DNA of 64,000 bases from Eledone cirrhosa (taxonomy: Eukaryota). The DNA lies in contig OZ024742.1 in the NCBI GenBank assembly GCA_964016885.1, positions 199,082,001 to 199,146,000 on the forward strand. The letters run 5' to 3'. The position numbers and the translations under genes were made by a program. Positions 54,741 to 64,000 of this stretch are shown here, piece after piece. Each line of letters begins with the position of its first letter. Within the stretch, counting starts at the first letter, position 1. Under the pieces are notes generated by a model. That model made no database searches. It was not told where the DNA came from and saw only the letters and a program-made list of their open reading frames with translations.

Positions 54741-54837
54741 CAGGTAAGATGACCGTAAAATACTTGTTACACACACACACATATACATGTCTAACCCATG
54801 CTAGCGTGGAAGATGGACGTTAAACGATAATGATGAT

Positions 54838-54880
<43 letters not shown>

Positions 54881-54884
54881 CATA

Positions 54885-54958
54885 CAGTGTCCCAAAAATG
54901 TATACACACTTCAACAGCATTCTAATCAAAGTGTATATACATTTTTGGGGACACCCTG
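54885..54958. mobile_element. Tc1-like mini-MITE (copies ~39923-40015 and ~61580-61672)
   Basis: TIR cag(g)gtgtcccaaaaatgtatacacactt; TA flanks. Confidence 0.8.
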
Positions 54959-55054
54959 TATATATGTGTGTGTGCATAGAGAGAGAGGTAAAAATCCAAT
55001 CGCGATACCAAGCGGCTTCGGCTTGCATTCAGCAAGCCCTTTTAAGGGCCACCT

Positions 55055-55096
55055 TTGAAAAGGCTTGCTGAATACAAGCCGAAACCGGTTGGCATC
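55055..55096 (+). ncRNA. Variant hammerhead-like motif (UUGAAAA core)
   Basis: TTGAAAA-ggcttg ctgaata caagcc-GAAA-ccgg-TT with palindromic loop aaccggtt, inside inverted repeat 54986-55114. Confidence 0.45.
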
Positions 55097-55538
55097 GCCG
55101 TATGGTTTTTACCTTCTTCATACCCACTGCTTTTTCCCGTACATAGAGTACACCCCTAATCTGTGGTCTCCTCGGTCTGATAATGGCAGGCAGCAGACAC
55201 ACACACACTCTCTTGCTCTTAATATATATATATATATTTACCCCACTCCCACCCCACCTGACTGTTTCTTCATAACTTTCTGAATAATGCCTATTTTACA
55301 GCGATACATTTTCGAAGGTGTAGATTACGAATAAGTTGATAAAATTTCTTTTAAAAAAAATCAAACAACAAATTGTCAATTTCACATACTGAAATTACCG
55401 GAAGTTGTCTGATCTGAAAACGAAGGATGACCACCCTGTCCCTGTTTTTCTATATATACACACACACACATGCAGTTATATATACATACATAGTATAAAT
55501 GCATACTATTTTCTTCCCTCCCTCTCTCTCTGTATATA

Positions 55539-55569
<31 letters not shown>

Positions 55570-56056
55570 CACACACACACATAATGGTTTTCCGTAGAGA
55601 AACGTTAAGTGACACAAGTTACATAAGGTACTCAATACATTTAGTAGAGAAAGTACGTAATTTAATTAGACAGAAATTACTTTTACATGTCTAGAAGTGT
55701 TTCATTCGTTTGAAATCATCAGGAAAGTCAGATATTGTTGGCCAATTCAGTAAATATAATAAATATAGGGTCAAAATGTATGTGTATATATGTTAGACTG
55801 ACAACGTGGCGAGTTACAAGAATTATGTCAGTCGATAAGAAGCCACACCGACGACTGACTTAGACAACCCAGCTCTAGAGTAGAACCTCGATAGTTTAAA
55901 CAGGTGACCCCTCAAATTAAATACTAAAGAATCCCACCCATCTACTACAATACATACAAATACATATGTCTCTTTCTCTCTCTATGTTCTGAAGTGTGTT
56001 ATAACTACCACGGTCCAATATATATAAATATATGTATACATGAACATGAATGTATA

Positions 56057-56140
<84 letters not shown>

Positions 56141-56829
56141 CCTGGAAAAGGATAGGCACCACCAACTTTAAATGTCCAAGACACGCCGTGTCAGGACGAC
56201 GCCCCTACGATTCAATCAGGCGTTCAAGACCCATGGATGGATGTATGGATATATATATATCCATGTATGTATGTATGTATGTATTTAAAGGCACAGGGAT
56301 GATATACATACATACACTCTATACAGACATATGCATACCTATGTGTATATTCCAAACAGTACTTCCTTTAAATAAACTGTCGTGTCAATGAGATTTAATC
56401 ATCAATGGTGTATAATGAATATATATATCTATATATATACATGTTTATATTTGCTATATATATATACATGTGTATGTATAAATGTATATACAAATATGCA
56501 TATAGATAGATAGATATTGAAGCATGAATGATTATATATATAAGGGTTACCGTTGTGTGAATGGTGACGGTGCCTGTACGTACTGTGTGTGTGTGTATAT
56601 ATATACATATATAATAATACTATAGGTTATAATATAAATCCATAGATCCAGTTTTTTACTTACCCCGGGGTTCACATGAGTGGTATGTAACGTCTGTATG
56701 AAGAAACGCGTATATTGTAACACAAAGACCAACAACAATATTTTGTCCAAGAGGTCACACAAATGACGAACTAGACCAGACCTAGCCAGCCAAAAAAAAC
56801 TATGTAATATAACAACAACTATTAACTCA

Positions 56830-57360
56830 CTCTCACATTATTAATTCCGCCATGTTGCCTTGTTGTTGTTGTTGCTTTTCTTCTTTTTGTCTTTCTTTTT
56901 TTATTTCTTTTTCCTGTATTTGTTTTTTAATTATTTATTTAATTATTGTGGTATAGCTTCCGCCGCCGTTTTCTTTCTCTCCCTTTTCCTTCTTCTCTTT
57001 CCTTTACTGTTCTTCCCCCTCCTCCACCATCACCATCACAATTGCTTTCTCCCCCTTTTCCTCCTTATTCTATCACCACCATTGTTGATTTGTTCGTCTG
57101 TCTCTCTCTTCTCCTCGCGTCTTCTTTTCTTTCTGTCTCTCTTCTCCTCCCCTTCTCTTTTCTCTCTCTATCATTATTGTGTTGCGTTCTTCTCCCTCCT
57201 TCTCTCTATCTCTCTTTTGTTGTCACTTTCTTTCTCACTTTTTATTATTATAGTCCCACCCACTGTCGCACTAACAGCTTTGACAAAAGAAAGGTCACCA
57301 CCAACAAAACACTTCCTGTGTCACCCATCAAACTACACACTGTTTATATGTGACGTCATA
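56830..57360 (-). promoter_or_regulatory. Candidate promoter and first (5' UTR) exon of a minus-strand gene
   Basis: TGACGTCA (CRE) at 57351-57358, ETS-like ACAGGAAGT at 57311-57319, purine-rich leader, YY1/Kozak-like caacATGGCGG near 56853, donors GTGAGA/GTGAGT immediately after. Confidence 0.45.
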
Positions 57361-57699
57361 TCATAATTTTCAGATTTTTCCCTCATGTAATATCTAATCC
57401 CGCCGAGGTTAGCTTTGGCTTTCATTCTTACGGGGTCGATAAAATAAAGTACCAGTAATACATTGGGATCGATTTCATCGACTTCCCCCTCCCCCAACGC
57501 TAGTTTTGTGCCTAAATCAGAAACCTTCACTGGCGTCTGTCTAATTGAGGGACTGTTGCATGGGTTTTATTTTTTTAAATTTTTATTGTTAATGTTCATT
57601 TTGCTTTGTTTATGAGTAAAAATAATTAAACCATTTTAATTAAAATATGTTGTCGCAAGTTGCCTTAAATCCTAAATGTATGTTAAAACATCGTTACCC

Positions 57700-58690
57700 C
57701 AATGATACGACCCCGAACGGAGGCGAGGGGGCTTCTGGTGGTGTGCAGGACCCCGGGCGCAGGCCACCACATGGTCCAAGCGGCGATCAGAATGGAGAAA
57801 GTGTTACTCCAGAGGATGGAAAGGGAGACGCTTTGGAATAGCCATTCCATCAGGAGGGGGGGGGCTCACTTCTACGAGGTGGCCGACTCCACCCCAATAA
57901 TAGTGGGTAGGGAGGTGGTCCAGGAACAAGTAACATCGGAAGTCTCCACTGCTTCAGGTTCGACGACAAACCTATTGGAGAGCAGCCGATACTTCGTCAG
58001 TTTGTTGGGCAGCAAAGCTTGGGCCTGTCGTTGAATGCACCAGGTTGCCACCGGTGAAGGTTTTGTTTACATTGGTATTTTGCAGGATACGACAATACTG
58101 AACTAGGTGACCTTGGAGTGGAGCGTCCCGTTTCAATTTCTGCAAAAATATCTTTACCATTTCCCTGGGAATACATTTTGTTTACATTTGTATTTTGTAA
58201 GTTACTATTGAACTTCTCGACAGAACTGGGCAGTCTTGGAGTATAATGTACCGCTGAGACGTCACAGTCAGTGATTCTTTTGCCCCTTTCCACATCACGG
58301 ACGCCGCGGGGGTCACCGCTTCCGTTGCCGAACGGAATAAAATTCGGAACTACCAGGACTTATCAAACAATTATTTTTTCCAACCTGTGGGGTTCGAGTA
58401 GTTCGGTGGAGTTGGGCCGCTGGCAGCGAATTCTTGTCTTCACTGGCAGCTCGCCTTACTGAGGTGTCAGGTGAGGGTGCCTGGCTATTTCAGCGCCTTA
58501 GCCTCGCCATCACCTGTGGTAGTGCTGCAAACGTGTTGGCTTGCCTGAAAGTGTACAATTAACTCCCAAGGTGTGAGGTGGTGAATCCCCCCACCCCCTT
58601 TTTTTTCTTTTACCTTCTTTCTTTCCTTTATCATTTTTGTTCATGATTTTATATTCGTTATGTTATTTATGTATATATGCTTTAATAAAA
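57700..58690 (+). mobile_element. CRE-like non-LTR retrotransposon fragment
   Basis: DVTVSDSFAP..ERNKIRNYQDLSNNYF..WLFQRLSLAITCGSAANVLACL, then T-rich 3' UTR. Confidence 0.8.
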
Positions 58691-59489
58691 GATTAATATT
58701 TGTTTTTCTTCTTCAAATATATTATTTCACTTCATGAATAAAAGTAGAACAATTTATATAGTGCTCGCGAATTACAAAAGAAATAAAACAATAAAAAGGG
58801 TTGGGAAGAAGAAAATGGAAAAGATATACCCACTCAATTCCACCCAACGACAGAGAATGCTGGTGCTTCCCCCTAAAAATATTTTGAGGCAAGACAAGAG
58901 GCACTCACTGGATTGCCGTGGGTGGTAGCGAGGCTAAAGCGCTGGAACAGTCAAGCACACGTGAAGTGAAGTAGGTTGTTGTTGAAGAGGATTATAAACA
59001 CGACAAATACAATAATTGTTTCTACTTTTGGCACAAGGCCAGCAATTACCAGTGCATTACTCGTACTTTATTTTATCGACCTCGTATGGATGAAAGGCAA
59101 AGTTAACCAGAGTTTTACTTCATTTAAGAATATGAGTTATTTTGCTACGTTCGATTACAAAGTAACAAGTTGTTTCAGGATGTACATATCAGTATAGGTT
59201 GTAGTAAGCTCGTAGTGCAAGGGAGCTGTGTTGTGGTTGTAGTGTTGATGGAAGAATTGCTGTTGGCCTCTTGTCGACAGGGCTGCATCGTTTTGACAAG
59301 CGCTAGATCTCACCACTTGCTTGAGCAGGTCGAAGTGATGCTTTTCTTCCGAGTTACCAAAGACAAAAAAAAGCTTATCTCGCCTAACCAGAAACTCCAG
59401 ACGAAGTGACGCCAACTCAGATAAAAGAGAAATAGCAACTAGATGACATTCGGGGGTCAGTGTGCGAAGACATTTCGCTACACACTCAC

Positions 59490-59780
59490 TACAAGCACCA
59501 CCTAATACTTAAGGAAGGAGAACCACCAATAATGACAAAAACTTGTCAGCTGCTCAGCTATCCCGAACGTCTCGAATGCCACAGATTGATAAATCATGAA
59601 ACTTCAGTAGTTTATTCCGTTTTGCTATGAGTGCAGTGATCCACTCATGCAACACAGCATCTAAGATGTAAGAAGATGCGAAAGATTCGCTGACAGTGGT
59701 ATCAGCTAAGCTCCCTCGCCACAAATAGACAAGTACCGTGATCATCACCTAATACTTCAGTAATATGCTGCCAACAATGA
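59490..59780 (-). mobile_element. CRE-like REL endonuclease fragment (short 3' piece also at 58730-58960)
   Basis: DTTVSESFASS...KRNKLLKF..., homologous to 61050-61530. Confidence 0.7.
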
Positions 59781-60293
59781 CAGAAGCCTCTTGTAACTGA
59801 ATGTGTAAGTCTTCTTTGGTAAATCATATTTATTATGTGAAATATGTATCCATCTGTGGACCCTTAAATGAACACGGTCGATTTCTTCCAACTAAGGAGG
59901 GAGCGAGAAAGAGATATAAGGGAAGAATAAACCCAAGGACTGGATTTTCTATTTTATTTATTAACCTCGAGATGATGAAAGGCAAAGTTGATCTGAGGGT
60001 GATTTGAACTCAGAGCGCAGAAAGCAGATGCGAATACCTCGAAGCATTCTAACCAACGTTCTAATGTTTCTGCCAATTCGCCGCCTGTTTCCTATGAATA
60101 TTTTCATGGAAATTCTTCTAATGAGCTTTACTCTTTGTTATCTCATCTTCATGAGTTTGAACTAGGTACCAGAAAGTTCCCAAATGTAATAACAAATTCT
60201 GTACTCATCATTTCGCCTGTGGAATTCTCTTCAGGCTTCTTGTTTTCCTGACCACTACAATTTGTAAAACTTCAAACGCAACAGCAATCGTCA

Positions 60294-60356
<63 letters not shown>

Positions 60357-61049
60357 TTATATATATATAATGTTCTCTTTGTCTTGTCTTTTCCCCTTCT
60401 CAGTAACCCCTTGTATTTTAGTGGCTTTATTACCCTGCTTGGTGTGAGTAAATAGAAACAAATTATATGTATAAAATGTTTTAATAAAAATGTTATATTT
60501 CATAAAAATAAAAGGACCTCTAGCCATCTCTACTGAACCCACAGGTGGGTTCACACTGGTAAATTCTCCCTCTTTTTCCACAATTTAAAGTACCCCACCC
60601 CAACTTGTAGCAGGACTATATGGAATGGACCTTCTGCCGGTTTGGATGATGAATGTTCCAGTTGTTCGATGAATGAAACAGCCTGTTCATGAAATTAATG
60701 TGTAAGTGACTGAGCATTCCATAGACACATGTATCCTAAACGTAATTTCGTGGAGATTCAGCATGACACACTGTGTGACAAGGCTGCCCCTTTGAAATGG
60801 AGGTACAGACCGTCACGAGTTTCCGTCAACCCAATTTCATTCACAAAGCATGGATCGACAGGAGGCTATGTTAATTTACATTTGCCCTAAAGGCTACACA
60901 GTGGGATCGAACCCGGGACCTAATGATTACAAAGGGAACTTCTTAAACGCTCAGCTATGCTGCGTCTGCTCAGGAGATTAAAACATTTTGAAATGTTTAT
61001 ACACACATATATAGAATTAATTATTGCTAGGAAGCTTATAAATAAAATA

Positions 61050-61530
61050 CACAAAAATATATAAGCAAAGCGAGAGAAGAAAAAAACATTAAAAATACAT
61101 CAGTTCAACATTAAGTGCGTCAGTCGGTCACACGGTTCACCGGAAAATTTTGAGGCAAACCAACACGCTCGCAGCATTACAGCGAGTGATGGCGAGGCTA
61201 AGTCACTGAAACAATCAAGCACTCTCACGTGCATCTCCTGACACCGCGGTAAGGCGAGTCGCTAACGATGACAAGAACCCCACTGTCAGCGACCCAGCTC
61301 CACCAAACGTCTCGAACTTCACAAGCTGGAAGAAAATAGTTGTTTGATAATTCCCGGTATTTTACGATTTTATTCCGTTCAGTTACAGAAGCAATGACCC
61401 TTACGTTTACCGCGACATCCAGATTGTGGGAGGGAGCAAAAGAGTCACTGACTGTGGTGTCCCAGATGAGACACCTGTCTCTTACCCATCAATTCTGGAT
61501 AATCTCGCCGGCTCCCGAATGAGGGGATAT
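61050..61530 (-). mobile_element. CRE-like non-LTR retrotransposon 3' end (restriction-like endonuclease)
   Basis: EPARLSRIDGKR..LIWDTTVSDSFAPS..ERNKIVKYRELSNNY..FETFGGAG..LFQ.LSLAITRCNAASVL. Confidence 0.85.
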
Positions 61531-62569
61531 TTGGATATTTACCCCCAGCTAGTTTTAAAAATGCATAAGAAACTATCATTTAAATGTATACACACTTTGA
61601 TTATCTGTACAGGCAATATTCATTAGAATGCTGTTGAAGTGTGTACACATTTTTTTGGAGGGGTCACCCTGTGTATATATATACTTACACTCACACCTTA
61701 CATGTTCACTGGTGAGGCATATACCACCCACCGTATAGTTTGTGAAAAGACACCCGATATTTTGTGCAAATTGCCGTGGTTTGCTTGAAAAGGGGACCAT
61801 TAAAAAAATGAAGTGCAGCCGATTATCACACTTGATGGTGAATTGCCACCCCCTTTTTTTTTTCTTTCCTTTATCATTTTTGTTCAATAAATTTATATTA
61901 TTGTGTTATTATACACGGTTTAGACATATTTGTTATGTCCTTCTGAACGAATTGCGAGCAATTTATAAAGTTATTTACGCATTTCTAATGTTATTTATTT
62001 TAAACATACTTGCAATGTTATTCTACTGTAAATTTATACAATTGTAATAAACTAAATTGAAATACAAAAAATGTTTGTGAAGTAAATTAAATATGCGTTT
62101 TTTTTAAAATATTCTGCTTGTCAAGCCATGTGTTCGAACGTGATGCGTTCAAAGGGAAATAACTTCGTCTTGACTGCAATTGTTATTCTTACATTTTGTA
62201 AGTCAACGCGTCAGCAAATATGGGTGTAAAAATAAAAGGTACCCACAACTTTCTCAGGAATAAGTGGACGAAGAAGAAAATAAAAGGTGTGAATGGAGGA
62301 GGGGAAGTTAACAAATATTAGTGGAAGGGGGAGGCAACGGTTAAAGAAAGGGAAGGCTTTAAAATTTTGATGGGCTGGTGCAGGTGCCGCTCTAACGTAC
62401 AGTATAATTTTGGCGGTCGGGCTTATACTTATGAAAAGCGGAACACAGCCGATTATTTTCAGAGAAGGAGAGAAAGTGATAAAAAGAGACAGAAGAATCA
62501 ACCCCAGTGCTGGACAGGTGTTTTATTTTACGATCTCGATAGATTTGTAAATATCTGGATTTATCCAGT

Positions 62570-62990
62570 AATTATTTTTTCCACGTTCGAGAGATTTGGT
62601 GGAGCTGGGCTGCTGACAGCGAAGTTCTTGTCATCGCTGGCGGCTCGCCTTACTGAGGTGTCAGTTGTCACGGTTATCAGCTGTAGTACTACTTCCCAGA
62701 GTGATATGTGATGCTTGTGATGGTGCCTAATTGTTTCAGCACCTTAGCCTCGCCATCATACGTTGCAATGCTACGAGCGTATTGGCTTGCCTGAAAGTTT
62801 TTCATTAATCTTTATGATGTGATGTGCGGCCGATTGTCGCACTTGGTTGTGAATTGGTGGACGTTTTTGTTTTTCTCCCCCCACCCCACCCTTTTTTCTT
62901 TTTTTTTCTTTTATGCGTTTATATTTGTGTTTATCAATATTATATTTGTAAGGTTCTTCTGAATGAATTGCGAGCATTTTCTTAAACGTA
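62570..62990 (+). mobile_element. CRE-like 3' fragment (further pieces 61740-61990 and 63385-63715)
   Basis: FERFGGAGLLTAKFLSSLAARLTEVS..LFQHLSLAIIRCNATSVL; 63441 ORF reads LLQRVSLAIVLGN. Confidence 0.78.
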
Positions 62991-63040
62991 TTTGGACCCT
63001 GTACAGTCGAGCTTATAGCGAGAATACTGGGTTGTATGAA

Positions 63041-63384
63041 TGTAACAAGGAATACATTGTTTGTGTGTATAATATTTAATTAACAATGGTAGATAGTATA
63101 GTTGACATGTCAAAGATGAGGATGGTAGAATGAAGCAAAGTTAGTAGTTACCGTTTTGATTGCCAGGCAAACGCGGCTGGCAGAGGACGCCTGGCTAAGG
63201 CCAGGCGCCTGTTGGCCAAATGAATGGCAGAGCCAAAATGAGAGGCTCTTGACCTGGTGCCGAAAAGGCAATGAGAGAAAGAGAGCTTAAAGTTGTTAGT
63301 TTTATAGGGCTCTGACCGGAAGTTACAGAAAGGGCCCCACTTCCCGTCCAGACGTTAATCCAAACAAGGGAGACAACCGCTACA
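63041..63384 (-). mobile_element. Possible solo LTR
   Basis: Minus strand TGTAGCGG...TATAAAA...ATTAAA...TTACA; no clear TSD. Confidence 0.4.
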
Positions 63385-64000
63385 AGCTCCTCCGCAAGAT
63401 CGGAACGTCAGCGGTCCGTCTGAGGAAAGAGCCCCGTGAGGTGGGGTGTCTGTTGCAGCGGGTGTCGCTGGCAATTGTCCTCGGGAATACTTTTACGGTC
63501 TTGTCCGCCGGGCGCAGTCCCTCTACCCTAGGCCTACAGCCCAATCACCCCACCCCCTTTCCCCTCCTATTCTTTTGTGACACTAGAGTTCTTGCTATTC
63601 CCTCCCCTTCGCATGTTTTCTTTCTTTTTCTCTTTTACCGTTTTTGTTTTTTGTTTATTTTTTCCATTCTTCTCAATCTAAATTTTCTTTTTTTTCCCTT
63701 TTCTATTAAACTGTATTAACATGATATTATGTAACTGATTGTGCATCTGATCTATACATCGATATCAGAATACTGAATGTTTACAAACCTATGCTGAATG
63801 GTTTTGACTTAACACTGTTTATCCGAACTCAAATACTATGGCATTTGTATAGTCTTGAGAGCTACAATAAACTGTCCATTGATCTCATACTCCTGCAGAC
63901 CTTTTACAACAGGTCTTGTGGAACATGGCAATATACCTTTTCAAGATTTATGAAACAAGCATACTCCTCTTAACAATACTCTCATGATTTCTGAATATTT

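Noticed and set aside
56690-56720. GAAACGCGTA hammerhead-like 3' half
   Set aside because: No CUGANGA or stem II upstream.
56860-57366. 168-aa Leu/Phe/Ser-rich ORF
   Set aside because: Low-complexity translation of a polypyrimidine tract; more likely the antisense of a 5' UTR.
60190-60240. CTGAAGA...GAAA on the minus strand
   Set aside because: No stem I, only 1 bp of stem II and no downstream hairpin; probably chance.

Overview
AT-rich, microsatellite- and transposon-dense animal DNA; the SINE, RTE and Helitron content suggests a cephalopod (octopus-like) genome, which is an inference. Only one host coding exon is confidently recognisable: an SLC35E2-like nucleotide-sugar transporter exon on the minus strand (5564-5851). 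A plausible in-frame upstream exon lies at 19119-19198 and a candidate promoter/first exon near 56.8-57.4 kb. The rest is mostly mobile DNA: a ~6 kb lightly decayed Rep/Helicase Helitron (23.4-29.6 kb), non-autonomous Helitrons, RTE and CR1 LINE remnants, a cluster of CRE-like (REL endonuclease) LINE 3' ends at 57.7-63.7 kb, many SINEs and several MITE families. The most striking signal is about 10 short non-coding insertions, mostly in (TA)n tracts, from several sequence-unrelated families. They share a minimal type I hammerhead ribozyme motif with a palindromic loop III, often an inverted duplication (up to a perfect 358-bp palindrome), and a covarying bulged stem-loop (ACUC...UN-GAGU) downstream. 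They resemble Penelope-like pLTR/retrozyme elements; I do not recognise the bulged stem-loop as a described motif. All alignments and folds were done by eye. Most entries in the ORF track are microsatellite or TE artefacts.
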